A stretch of DNA of 64,000 nt, taken from positions 128,001 to 192,000 of the forward strand of contig JBPCLP010000047.1 in the NCBI GenBank assembly GCA_051003195.1, written 5' to 3'. A program made the translations under genes and the position numbers. The notes below the pieces were generated by a model. That model was given only the letters and a program-made list of their open reading frames with translations, made no database searches and was not told where the DNA came from. Source of the stretch: Candidatus Sumerlaeaceae bacterium. Its GTDB lineage: Bacteria > Sumerlaeota > Sumerlaeia > Sumerlaeales > Sumerlaeaceae. Positions 28,008-38,326 of this stretch are shown piece by piece. Every line of letters starts with the position of its first letter. Position 1 is the stretch's first letter.

Positions 28008-30491
28008 TTACCGATACATAGACTGCTGCTGATTCGCGTACGGCTGCTGCTGCGGATTGAGCGGCGGCCCCGGCTGTCCAATAGACCCGCCGTAACCGAC
28101 TTCGTACCTGCTTTCCGGATCTTCAACCTGCCCCTCACCTGACGCAATCGACATTCCGCCGTGGTAGTCGCACGATCCGTTCGGCGCAGTGCCTTTCCGG
28201 AAGGGGGTATTTTTAAACTTCATGTCTTCACTGGCATAGCAAGCGCCGGTTAGACGCTCGCCGCTCCTGCCGCACATATCGCGGAATTCCACACCCGGCG
28301 GAACCTCGAATTTTAACTTCCAATCGTTGCGCGTATGCAGGACGCGGTCCATAATGGAAACCCAGATCGGCCCCACGACTTTGCCGCCGGTCATCTTCGC
28401 TCCCAGCGAGCGGTGCTGGTCGTATCCTGCATAAATCGCCAGGACGAGGTCCGGCGTAAAACCACAGAACCACGCCACAAAGCAGTCGTTGGTCGTTCCA
28501 GTTTTACCGCCAATCTCCGGAAGCTTACGCCCAGCGGCAATCTGCTCCTGTTGCCATTTGCCAATAGAGGCTTTCGCCGTGCCCTGGATCGGCACCTCCT
28601 GCAGAATCCGGCACATCATATATGCAGACTCTGCCGAAATCACGCGGTACTGCTCGGGCTTGTAAATGCGCGAATCGCTGGAGCTCTTGGAACTGAACAG
28701 CCGCTTGATTGGCGCAGGAGTAATGCCAATTCCACCATTCGGGAAAATCATATAAGAAGCGGCGAGTTCCAGGGGGGTAATGTTTGGAGTGCCGAGACAC
28801 ATCGGCGGATATGGATCGAGTTTCCAGTTGGATGGCCGTGTGACTACGTTAAACGAGTTATATATGTCCACAGCCCGCTTGGTACCCACGTCCATGAATA
28901 GCTTCACAGTCGGGATATTGCGCGACTCTACCAGCGCCATGAACAGCGTCAACTGCCCCTTGTAGTGGGGCTCGTAGTTCTTCGGCGACCATTCTCCCAC
29001 CGAGTACGGCTCGTCGACAAGGATGCTTCCCGGCGCGAAACGGGGTTTGCCCGCCGGATCCATAAGATCTAGCGCACCGCCATACAGCAGCGGCTTCCAG
29101 CAACTGCCAGGCTGACGTCCGCCTTGAAAGGCGCGGTTAAACTGGCCGTTGTTCACGGGATCATTACGATCGTCGCCGCCGACCAGCGCGACAATTTCAC
29201 CGGTATGCACATCCAATAACACTGCTGCGCCTTGCACATGTGTTTTGTCGTAAAGGTATGCCTCTATTTTGCCTTTTGTACTGATGTTCGCGATGTAAAT
29301 GTCGATCAGGTTACCTTTACGAATGACCTTCTCCGGCTCAAAGTAAGGCAGTTTGTCTGGTAATGGAACTTCGACTTTCTGGCCCCCGATGTTCACAATG
29401 ATCGACTGCTCTTTTACGTCAGTGATACGTACAAGCCGCGCCTGGCCTTTTCGAAGGCCGCCGAGTTCGCCGCTCTCGATCGCCTGCCGGGCTTCCTTTT
29501 GCTCTTCGATCATCACCTCGACTTTTCGCAGTCCCTTGCTAAGCTCTTCCTCGCAAATTTTCTGCAGGTTAAGGTCGACCGTAGAAATAATCTGGTAGCC
29601 CTTGGCGCCCAGTTCATTGGCTGCCTGCATCGAATTGTCCTTCATGAGGAGGGCACTTACGTAATCGACGAAGTACGGAGCCTCGGTTTTGGGACGCGGC
29701 GCCGGGTTGACTTCGATCGGCGTAGCCTGGTACTGCTTCAGGGTGGCGTCGTCTTTAATCACGAAGTTGTTTTTGCGCATGTTGAAAAGCACGAGGTTGC
29801 GCCGCTCGCGTGACTTCTCCTTGTTCGCCAATGGCGAAAGCTGACTGGGCGCCTTTGGCAAACCAGCCAGTAGCGCGCCCTCCTCAATCGTGAGGTCTTT
29901 CACGTCTTTATTAAAGTACGCCTTGGAGGCTTCCTGGATGCCGTACGCGCGCGCCCCGAAGAAGATGTGATTCAGATAAAATTCGAGAATCTGGTTCTTG
30001 GAATAGTTGCGCTCGATCTGCAGCGCGATAAAGAGTTCCTTGAACTTACGCTTCCAGTTTTTAGTCAGGTCCTCAAGCACCACGTTGCGTGCAACCTGCA
30101 TGGTAATCGTGCTCGCCCCCTGTGTTTTGCCGCCGGCCTGCACGTTCGTTCTCAATGCACGCAGCACGCCTTTGAGATCGACCCCGAAGTGCCGGTAAAA
30201 CCGCTCGTCCTCAATCGCGAGAAACGCCTTGAGCACGTGGTCCGGAATATCGTCGATGCGCACCAGTTCGCGACGGTCGGTGAAAAACTCCCCGATCTGC
30301 CGATTTCCTGTGCGGTCGTACACGCGTGAGATCTCGGGAGGATTGTAGTGGTCCAGCACGTTGATGGGCGGCAGGCTGTTAATGTATCCAATGATAGCGC
30401 CGAGCGTGAGTCCAGCGACCATAATGCCGATCATCAAGGCGATGCTGAATATGACGAACCATTTGCGGAGCACCGGATGCAGCGCCTTCAT
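28008..30491 (-). CDS. mrcA: Class A penicillin-binding protein (PBP1A family)
   Basis: AIEDERF, GASTITMQ, RKFKE, LEFYLN, QPGSCWK (SxxK), SRN, KTGT. Confidence 0.92.
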   Translation of the reverse strand: MKALHPVLRKWFVIFSIALMIGIMVAGLTLGAIIGYINSLPPINVLDHYNPPEISRVYDRTGNRQIGEFFTDRRELVRIDDIPDHVLKAFLAIEDERFYRHFGVDLKGVLRALRTNVQAGGKTQGASTITMQVARNVVLEDLTKNWKRKFKELFIALQIERNYSKNQILEFYLNHIFFGARAYGIQEASKAYFNKDVKDLTIEEGALLAGLPKAPSQLSPLANKEKSRERRNLVLFNMRKNNFVIKDDATLKQYQATPIEVNPAPRPKTEAPYFVDYVSALLMKDNSMQAANELGAKGYQIISTVDLNLQKICEEELSKGLRKVEVMIEEQKEARQAIESGELGGLRKGQARLVRITDVKEQSIIVNIGGQKVEVPLPDKLPYFEPEKVIRKGNLIDIYIANISTKGKIEAYLYDKTHVQGAAVLLDVHTGEIVALVGGDDRNDPVNNGQFNRAFQGGRQPGSCWKPLLYGGALDLMDPAGKPRFAPGSILVDEPYSVGEWSPKNYEPHYKGQLTLFMALVESRNIPTVKLFMDVGTKRAVDIYNSFNVVTRPSNWKLDPYPPMCLGTPNITPLELAASYMIFPNGGIGITPAPIKRLFSSKSSSDSRIYKPEQYRVISAESAYMMCRILQEVPIQGTAKASIGKWQQEQIAAGRKLPEIGGKTGTTNDCFVAWFCGFTPDLVLAIYAGYDQHRSLGAKMTGGKVVGPIWVSIMDRVLHTRNDWKLKFEVPPGVEFRDMCGRSGERLTGACYASEDMKFKNTPFRKGTAPNGSCDYHGGMSIASGEGQVEDPESRYEVGYGGSIGQPGPPLNPQQQPYANQQQSMYR

Positions 30492-30723
30492 ACGCGTGGT
30501 TCCTTACTAGCCGGGGAGTGTTTGCTGAACGACATCAAGTTCCAACCCTTTGATCAGTACCGTAAAGCAGGCAAATCGTTCCCGCATCTGGCGAAAATCA
30601 TTCCCTGCGACAGCCTCCGCCAGGATCGCCTGATGGGTCTTCAAAACGTTACATAGAACTGGTTCCGGGACACGCAGCTGTCCAGAATGCGAACGTCTTC
30701 GAATATCGCGAAGAATCGCGGGG

Positions 30724-31473
30724 TCAGCTCTCTTTGTGAATCAGCGACTCGATAAGTCGCTGCTCGGCCGAGGACAGGCTGGGAAAGCAGCGCGTTATCA
30801 GATCGGGCCGGCGGTCCAGCGTCCTCTGGATTGCCTGCAATCGTCGCCACTCCTGGATGTTTTTGTGGTGGCCGCTCAAAAGAATTTCCGGTACATGCAT
30901 CCCACCGAATTCCTCGGGCCGGGTGTAGTGCGGATGATCCAGCAGTCCCTCCGCAGAAAAAGAATCCTGTCGCACACTGTCTTCGTTACCCACCACACCA
31001 GGCACCAGGCGCGCCATCGTATCGATCAGAACCATCGCTGGAAGCTCTCCGCCCGTCAGCACATAGTCGCCGATGGAAATCTCACGATCCACGTAGAGTT
31101 CGCGTGCACGCTCGTCAATGCCCTCATAGTGTCCACACAGCAGGATGATGCTGTCATGCTTTACGAGTTCCTCCGCCAGTTGTTGATTCCACACCTCCCC
31201 CTGTGGTGATAAATAAATACATAGGGGCCGGCTGGACGGATTTGACTGGCGAATGGCTTCGACCGCGCCAGCAATGGGTTCTGGCTTCATCACCATACCC
31301 GGGCCGCCGCCGTAAGGCGCGTCGTCGGTCACGTGGTGCTTGTCGGTCGTGAAATCCCGGATATTGTGCACCACCACCTCAATCGCGCCGGCAGCCTGGC
31401 CACGCTTCAGAATGCTTGCATCCACGACTGGCGCGAACATTTCTGGAAATAAAGTGAGTATATCAAACTTCAT
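30724..31473 (-). CDS. trmD: tRNA (guanine37-N1)-methyltransferase
   Basis: DDAPYGGGPGMV, CGHYEGIDER, SIGDYVLTGGE, LLSGHH. Confidence 0.97.
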   Translation of the reverse strand: MKFDILTLFPEMFAPVVDASILKRGQAAGAIEVVVHNIRDFTTDKHHVTDDAPYGGGPGMVMKPEPIAGAVEAIRQSNPSSRPLCIYLSPQGEVWNQQLAEELVKHDSIILLCGHYEGIDERARELYVDREISIGDYVLTGGELPAMVLIDTMARLVPGVVGNEDSVRQDSFSAEGLLDHPHYTRPEEFGGMHVPEILLSGHHKNIQEWRRLQAIQRTLDRRPDLITRCFPSLSSAEQRLIESLIHKES

Positions 31474-31534
31474 GTTATTGCGTCGACCCGTGCAACTCCA
31501 TTACATTTACTCTGTAACGGGTGCATAGGCGCGC

Positions 31535-34500
31535 GTGCCCAGCATTATTCGGCCACGTGTGCTCTCTTCAGGCTTTATGGTTTATACCAGACTAGATCGT
31601 ATCGTAGGTGTAATCGCGTTTGGGTTCCTTTTGCTTATCGGTAAAAGTGCCTCGGCGGCCACGACCGATCAAACACTTCTCCCCCCGCTTCCCGTTGCCA
31701 TTACCCAGGGTATTTTCCCCCCGGGGGACATCAAGGTGACCTCGGACGGCGGAACGTCAGGGCAGTTGCTTTTGCAGTTCGAGCACCTGGATCCGCGTCG
31801 GTGCTCCGTTCCATCTGGCAAAGCCGAGACCCTGGCTTATATGATCGCCGGTGTACCGGGTAAGTTGCCAGCTATCGAGGTCGTGGCCGCAAGGTATACG
31901 CGCTATTTGCGGGGCCGTGCTGTCGAGACCGTGCATACTCTGCCGCCGCAAAGCGGTGTGGGAGTCGCGGCAAACAACGCTGCCGTTCGCATATCAGAGT
32001 TGGGGCAACTGCGGCACTTGCAGGTTTTTACGCTCACATTAGTAACGAGCATAATAGCGACCGACCCCGGTTGGCAGGACTCCTGCTGGGTCCTTCGTGA
32101 ACTGCGGGTTCGAATCGATCTCGGCTCACCGATTGCCGGAGCCGCGATCCAGGTTTCCCCTCAGTGCGCAGCCTCGGAAGCCGCATTCATGCGGTACCAG
32201 GTACTCAATGCTGACATAACCCCGGATTACTGGATCCAACCCGCAGGCTTCGACTTTACAAAAGAATTGGCCTGGAGCCGCCTTGCCGCGGAGGCTTCAG
32301 AGCGCAATGCCATCTTTCGTTTCAGCATCTATGCGCCTGGTTTTTACCGCATAACTCCGGAGGACCTGCGCAACGCTGTGCCTTCGTCGCAAACCACGGC
32401 CACAATCGAAATTCCACAGATCGCACAATGGCGACTCTATTTCAAAGGCCAGGAAATTCCTGCGTATGCTCCACCCGATGGGGGAGCACTCATACTCCCC
32501 GTGGCTCCCGACGAGTTTCAGACACCCAATGAGGCCGTCTATTGGTTAAGAACTAGCGGGGACAATGAAAGCACGGCGCCGCTTCGACTTGAGATTTCAG
32601 CGCCGCCCGAGGTTATACAAAGCGCCAGGCAAAGCACAATCACACTGGAAACAGTGGCCGAAAAACTGGAAGACTATCATGCGAGGCTCCGGCCAACCTC
32701 AACTTCCACACGCTTTTACTGGAAGTCGATTCTGCCTCGTGTCACTGGACTTTTTGAAACACCACTGCCGATGGAGTACGATCCTTCGGGTCCTACGTCA
32801 GTGGATGTGTTATACGGTATATCCAACTACGCCACTGCTTACCCTGCCGTACGTCTTTTTGCCAACGCACAGGAGTGCGGCGTTACAACCCTGACCTCAC
32901 AGCAGGGCGTGCTGCAATTTTCAATTCCACGTGGAGTCCTGCGACCAGGCGCGAATACATGCGGTTTGCGCCTGGAGTTTCCAGCCGACGCGAGCGGCGG
33001 ACACGACATCCTGATCCAGTCATTTGAATTCCGGTGGGGCCAACCTCTTAGCTCCACGTTACCCACCGGGTTTTTCCAGTGGGAAGCCTCGTCTCCGTCC
33101 CAGACATTAATGCTCCCGTTGAAGGGTCCGGCCTCGGCTGCACCACTGCTGGCTGGATTCAACAATCGAACCGTCTCGCTTCTCCGCGGGGGCCTGAGCC
33201 GGTTCAAAAGCGTGCTCGCATACCCAGCCGCAACCGGCGCTTCGTCGTACTGTTTTCTGCACGAGCGATCCACCACGGGGGTTTCCCATCTGCGGCGCAT
33301 CACGGACTTTCATGAAGTGAGTCCGACCGACGCAGATTACATAGCCGTTGCTGCACCGGAATTGTTGGATAATCTCCACCCGCTTCTAAATGTGCATTCA
33401 GGCAACGGGCATCGCGTCTTAGCGCGCGACGTGACTTCTATTTTCGACCAATTCAATTACGGGCACCGGGATGGCGAAGCGATCCGCCGCTTTGTACGCT
33501 TCCTATTCCAGAACGCGAACGTACATAAGCCTCAGTTCCTTTTGCTTGTGGGCGAGTGTAGCGATTATAGGGGCAACCCTGATTTGTTGCCCTTGGGTGG
33601 ACAACCCGACATGGTGCCGACAATCGGCTCCTACGTCGGCGAAGGCATGCACGGAGACCAGGGTTTTGCACAGATCGCCGGCGATGACATGCTGTCGGAT
33701 CTCGCAGTCGGTCGATTGTCTGTCGCGACAACCCAAGAACTGGAAGCCATGCTTCACAAATTTGAGGCGTATCGTACCGGCAAACTTGGCGACTGGATTT
33801 ACCGTGCTCAGTTCCTGATGGACGATAACGATGAATTTCAACGCGTAGTGCAGCAGGTTATCGCGCGCTCCATGGCGCCGCCCTCCGAAATCGGAGTATT
33901 GCGCCAGGCCGATTTCACGTACGTTCCCAACCTGCGCGTCCCCAATCGCCGGAGATCGCACGAAGCCACCGCTGCCATGCTGCAAGAGTTCAACTACGGT
34001 GCCGCCGTCCAGAATTTCTTTGGGCACGGGGGACCGAATCTTTGGTCGCACGAGCGGCTGTTCCATTTGATGGATCTGCCCTTGCTGCACAACGAGAACA
34101 GGTTACCTCTAATCACGTGCCTCAGCTGCGATAATGCGTGGATGGATTACCCTGTGAAGCCGGTAAGCTCCTCTATGGGCGAACTACTCGTGCGCAAGGG
34201 CAACGGCGGCGCCATAGGGCTGTTTGGGCCCGTGGCCGGAGCCAGCCCTTACGAGCACCAGACGCTGGTTTCCCGCTTAATGGAGGGTGTTTATCGCACA
34301 GGCGAGCGGCGTCTTGGGTCGCTTACGATGTACGCCAAGAACATGTACTATAATGAAACCCGGTCAGGGTCCTTGCCGGAGCAGTACGTCCTTCTCGGCG
34401 ACCCCGCGCTTGAACTTCGGGTGCCGAAAACCAGTCCAGACCTCCAGGTTTCGCCCGACTCATTGCTTTCTGGAACCACCGCTACAATCAAGATCAAGAC

Positions 34501-36622
34501 GGCCAAAGCCATTCAGGAGGCGTTAGTGATGGCGCGCACCATGTCCGCAACTGACTACGAGAGCTCAGCACCTGTCAGCAGCGCAGGCCGGGCAGCGATG
34601 GAAGTGAATGTCGACCAACCGGGATCTATGTCGGTACAATGGAATTCGCAAGCACAGCCATTTGAATCGTTGTCGGGTAGAGTGGAAGCAGAGCCCGCTC
34701 CGGCTCCGGCAAGCAGCGCCGAGGTTAGCAGCGGCACACAACCCGAGCTTTCGGACTTGTTAATTATACCCGTTGAGCCGCTTACTCCAACAGGTGATCC
34801 GAACCAGACAGAGGTCCCGGTCTTGCGTTTTCTTGCACGTAATACCGGTTTGGACGTCAGTTCCACACTGACTGCATTTCTGCGAATGGCGACGGAGCCG
34901 CTTACAGACATGATCAACATTCAGGCATTAGCTCCAGACGCCACTCAGCTGATAAGCTTTGTGCTGAAGCGCCAGCTCCAAAGTGGAACTAACGAACTCG
35001 AATTACTACTCGTACCGAATGAGGGCGCGCAAGGAACCACCGACTCGCGCCAGTTGAAGTTAAACGTGGGCGGTGCCGCTGAGTTGGAATTTCTGCCAGG
35101 CTCCGCGCGCGCGCGTTCCACCACCGATTTTGTGCAGCGCTCCACGGTGTTTCTCGACGCAGTCCTGAGAAATTCTGGCTCTACTTCGGCGAAAAGCATT
35201 ACACTGCACGCGTTGCTGGATCATCCGGAGACCGGCGCGGAACTACAGACAATCAACGACACCAATATGGGCTCAATCGACGAACTGCCTCCGGGTGAGC
35301 AGCGCACCGTCACCTTCCGCTGGGAAAATGCATTGGATGTCGGCGAAAAGCACATTTTCCTCGTCGCCAACCGCACTCATTCCATTGTGGAATCGCGCTC
35401 TGACAACAACACCATCGCGGTCCCTGCTTTTACTCTGAAGCCCCTTGGAAACTTTCTCGTTAAAACGCTTGAGACAAGCCCTGCAATCGCGTCGCCGGGA
35501 GAACCAGTCCGTATTGGCGTCACCGTCACCAACGATTCGGGAACCTCTCGAGGTCCGGTCGATTTGGAGATTGGTCTTCGAAACATTCAGACCAACGAGA
35601 CTACATTCACTCGCATAACCCTTGCCCAGTTGGGGGCCGAAACCACCGTTTCCCATGCCATGCAGATGGACGCCAATTATAACGCGGCATACGCGACCAT
35701 TAACCCGGCGCGGGAATTGGAGGAAGTTATTCCGGAGGACAATACACGTGTGAGCGAGACAATGCTGGCGTTGCCTCTTTCGACTCTAATGCCACCCGGC
35801 GAGAAACAAACCTATTTCCGAAACGTGTTCACAGTTTGCCGCACCTGGAACATGGACCCCGTGAGCACTGATGTTCTTGAAGTCTCCGAAGCATTCACTT
35901 CAAGTACCGGGATGTTACCGATTGATCCGAAGTGGTATCTACGCGGCCAGATTAGAACACCTGAAACGTCCGACAGTCAGACTAACGACAACGCCTGGTC
36001 GTTTGATTTCTTTAAGCTGGAAGCCGCACTTAGGGAAGAAGCAGGTGTCGTGACCTTCAAATTCCCCGTCAGCGAGGCAGCCGCTTCGTGGCCATTTGCA
36101 ATTTACGCAAATCTCGCGGCGGCTGCAAGTTTCCAGGGTGGCCCCATCGGAGCTTTCGATGCAAAGTTTTCGGATGGCGCAGACTGGCACCATTTTGATT
36201 TCACGCAAAGGACCAGCCAGCCGATCATGCACCGTGCTTTGCTCACAACGACAACTTTGCACGACGGGATGGCGCAAATATCGATCCAACATACAAGCGG
36301 GACTGCTGTCATCCTGACCGAGTTGGAAGCCGTGCCGCAGGTCGGGGGTATCGAATCTCCCGTGATTCGTCTGGATCGTAAAGCGGCAGCTGGATACGCA
36401 GTGAACGCCGCAGTAACGGGAGCCACGCCGGAAAAGGTATGGCTGCAGGCAAGGACCGGAATCCACGCCAATGGCGAGCTGACATGGAGCAACTGGAAAG
36501 GCATAAATGGCCTGACGCTGAAAATTAGTTCCACTGATGACGTGATGCAATGGCGCGTTTTTGTCCAGCCACAGGCGGGAATGCGCCCGCGTATAAACGA
36601 TGTTATATTGGCCGAACAGTGA
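31535..36622 (+). CDS. Large secreted C25-family (gingipain/PorU-like) cysteine peptidase with CARDB/Ig-like domains
   Basis: Signal peptide; IFDQFNYG, FLLLVGE, LAVGRL, FFGHGG (His), SCDN (Cys), GGAIG, YVLLGDP; CARDB-type ends (ESRSDNN, EVIPEDN). The start could be ATG 31577. Confidence 0.82.
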   Translation: MPSIIRPRVLSSGFMVYTRLDRIVGVIAFGFLLLIGKSASAATTDQTLLPPLPVAITQGIFPPGDIKVTSDGGTSGQLLLQFEHLDPRRCSVPSGKAETLAYMIAGVPGKLPAIEVVAARYTRYLRGRAVETVHTLPPQSGVGVAANNAAVRISELGQLRHLQVFTLTLVTSIIATDPGWQDSCWVLRELRVRIDLGSPIAGAAIQVSPQCAASEAAFMRYQVLNADITPDYWIQPAGFDFTKELAWSRLAAEASERNAIFRFSIYAPGFYRITPEDLRNAVPSSQTTATIEIPQIAQWRLYFKGQEIPAYAPPDGGALILPVAPDEFQTPNEAVYWLRTSGDNESTAPLRLEISAPPEVIQSARQSTITLETVAEKLEDYHARLRPTSTSTRFYWKSILPRVTGLFETPLPMEYDPSGPTSVDVLYGISNYATAYPAVRLFANAQECGVTTLTSQQGVLQFSIPRGVLRPGANTCGLRLEFPADASGGHDILIQSFEFRWGQPLSSTLPTGFFQWEASSPSQTLMLPLKGPASAAPLLAGFNNRTVSLLRGGLSRFKSVLAYPAATGASSYCFLHERSTTGVSHLRRITDFHEVSPTDADYIAVAAPELLDNLHPLLNVHSGNGHRVLARDVTSIFDQFNYGHRDGEAIRRFVRFLFQNANVHKPQFLLLVGECSDYRGNPDLLPLGGQPDMVPTIGSYVGEGMHGDQGFAQIAGDDMLSDLAVGRLSVATTQELEAMLHKFEAYRTGKLGDWIYRAQFLMDDNDEFQRVVQQVIARSMAPPSEIGVLRQADFTYVPNLRVPNRRRSHEATAAMLQEFNYGAAVQNFFGHGGPNLWSHERLFHLMDLPLLHNENRLPLITCLSCDNAWMDYPVKPVSSSMGELLVRKGNGGAIGLFGPVAGASPYEHQTLVSRLMEGVYRTGERRLGSLTMYAKNMYYNETRSGSLPEQYVLLGDPALELRVPKTSPDLQVSPDSLLSGTTATIKIKTAKAIQEALVMARTMSATDYESSAPVSSAGRAAMEVNVDQPGSMSVQWNSQAQPFESLSGRVEAEPAPAPASSAEVSSGTQPELSDLLIIPVEPLTPTGDPNQTEVPVLRFLARNTGLDVSSTLTAFLRMATEPLTDMINIQALAPDATQLISFVLKRQLQSGTNELELLLVPNEGAQGTTDSRQLKLNVGGAAELEFLPGSARARSTTDFVQRSTVFLDAVLRNSGSTSAKSITLHALLDHPETGAELQTINDTNMGSIDELPPGEQRTVTFRWENALDVGEKHIFLVANRTHSIVESRSDNNTIAVPAFTLKPLGNFLVKTLETSPAIASPGEPVRIGVTVTNDSGTSRGPVDLEIGLRNIQTNETTFTRITLAQLGAETTVSHAMQMDANYNAAYATINPARELEEVIPEDNTRVSETMLALPLSTLMPPGEKQTYFRNVFTVCRTWNMDPVSTDVLEVSEAFTSSTGMLPIDPKWYLRGQIRTPETSDSQTNDNAWSFDFFKLEAALREEAGVVTFKFPVSEAAASWPFAIYANLAAAASFQGGPIGAFDAKFSDGADWHHFDFTQRTSQPIMHRALLTTTTLHDGMAQISIQHTSGTAVILTELEAVPQVGGIESPVIRLDRKAAAGYAVNAAVTGATPEKVWLQARTGIHANGELTWSNWKGINGLTLKISSTDDVMQWRVFVQPQAGMRPRINDVILAEQ

Positions 36623-37647
36623 ACCTTTCGCCCGTAAATCGTCGAGAGCTCAAGGCCGTTGGGATTATCTGGCTGTCGCTCTTCGTCATCGCCACAGGCG
36701 CTCTGTTCGTGCTTCAGCACAATGCGCACAAGATTATCTATCACCTGCAGTACGTCTCAGTTAACCGTTTTCAAAAGGCGTTGGCGCTGTATACCGAAGC
36801 CGAAAAAAGAGCACATGAAGTGCTGCGAAAGCGTGAGACCACAAACGTAAACTCCGCTTCTGCAGTAGCTGTTGCGGCCAGCGATCCCGATGTGCTCGCC
36901 GCACAGGAACTTTTCGAACAGGCATTTGCGACCGATCCACGGGATCGATTTGCGGCAGAGCATGAACGCTATTATACGATGCTTGGCGACACGCTGGGTT
37001 GTGCCGGTTTACAGTCGCCCCAGTTGGTGGCTTACGCCCGGGCTGCCATCGCGCGGCGCGACTTCTCAACAGCGCAGGATTACCTCGACCGCGTCACCGC
37101 AAAAGACAACGCTGACCCCGATCTCGCTCTGGCAAACGCACAGCTTGCGTGGGTATCGGGACGAAAAGCCGACGTCGAAAACGAATTGCACAAAGTGCCG
37201 CCCGACAAATGGTCATCGGACGCCCACTTGCTCAAAGCAAAAGTTCTCATGGAGGCCGGCAAGCTGGCCGATGCTGCAACAGAACTGCAGAGCTCACTTA
37301 AAGGAGCGAAGTCCCAGGTCGACATCAGGAAATTTCTCGCGTCCGTATACAGTCGTTTGGATAAGCCCGCACAAGCCCTGTCGGCGCTCGAAGAAGGCAG
37401 AAGTCATGGTGGCGATTCAGACGGCAACTACATGCACATCTTTGGCGATTTGCTTCGACTTCAGGGGCGTACTCCAGACGCCATCAAGGCCCTGAAAGAA
37501 GCTGCACGGCTGGAGCCCAACAGCGGCGCGGTACAGCTCAGCCTCGCCCGTGCATACGAAGCTGCCGGTCAGGCGCGCAGTGCCTCACGGGCACTGCAGC
37601 GCGCAACGGTTCTCGAACCAAAGCTCCAGGCAGAGCTACTCAAATAG
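36619..37647 (+). CDS. Membrane-anchored TPR protein
   Basis: GTG start overlaps the upstream TGA; N-terminal TM helix, then TPR repeats (AIKALKEAARLEPNSGAVQLSLARAY). Confidence 0.82.
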   Translation: MNLSPVNRRELKAVGIIWLSLFVIATGALFVLQHNAHKIIYHLQYVSVNRFQKALALYTEAEKRAHEVLRKRETTNVNSASAVAVAASDPDVLAAQELFEQAFATDPRDRFAAEHERYYTMLGDTLGCAGLQSPQLVAYARAAIARRDFSTAQDYLDRVTAKDNADPDLALANAQLAWVSGRKADVENELHKVPPDKWSSDAHLLKAKVLMEAGKLADAATELQSSLKGAKSQVDIRKFLASVYSRLDKPAQALSALEEGRSHGGDSDGNYMHIFGDLLRLQGRTPDAIKALKEAARLEPNSGAVQLSLARAYEAAGQARSASRALQRATVLEPKLQAELLK

Positions 37648-37653
37648 TACCCT

Positions 37654-38286
37654 TCAAGGTGCCGTGTTAGCCAGGGCGCTGTTTCCTGCTGAAGCAAAGT
37701 TCTGAAGGATTTTGAGTCCGGTTGCCTGGCTCTTTTCCGGGTGAAACTGCGTGCCGCCGACATTCTCGTGCGCAACCGCTGATGTGAACTGGATGCCATA
37801 CTCCGTCGCTGTGGCCGTCATGCCCCCATCCACCGGCACTACATAATAGGAGTGGACGAAATAAACGAACGGTTCGGGTCCAAGATTCTGAAACCAGGGC
37901 GAGCTTGTCCGAACCTCCAGCCGGTTCCAGCCCATGTGCGGAACCTTCAGCTGCATCGCAGGAAAATGACGCACCTCGCCGCGGAGTATCCCCAGGCCTT
38001 CTGTCCCGGGATCCTCTTCACTGCTTTCGAAAAGTATCTGCATTCCCAGGCAGATTCCAAACAGTGGGCGGCCCGAGGCTGCATAGTGCCGCAATGGTTC
38101 AACCAGGGACCTCTCCTGCAATCCGCGCATGGCATCGCCAAAAGCGCCGACACCCGGGAGCACGAGTTGTGACGCCGCATCGATACAACCCGGTGTCGAA
38201 ACCAGTTCCGTTGCGTAGCCGAGTTTCTGCAGTGCTTTTTCAACACTGCGGAGGTTGCCCATCCCATAGTCTACGATCGAGATCAT
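37654..38286 (-). CDS. hisH: Imidazole glycerol phosphate synthase glutaminase subunit
   Basis: DYGMGNLRSV, LPGVGAF, GICLGMQ, PHMGWN, YFVHSY, QFHPEKS. Confidence 0.96.
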   Translation of the reverse strand: MISIVDYGMGNLRSVEKALQKLGYATELVSTPGCIDAASQLVLPGVGAFGDAMRGLQERSLVEPLRHYAASGRPLFGICLGMQILFESSEEDPGTEGLGILRGEVRHFPAMQLKVPHMGWNRLEVRTSSPWFQNLGPEPFVYFVHSYYVVPVDGGMTATATEYGIQFTSAVAHENVGGTQFHPEKSQATGLKILQNFASAGNSALANTAP

Positions 38287-38326
38287 GAGATAGCCGTAGA
38301 GCCGGACCGCTCTTTTATTTTAGCAG

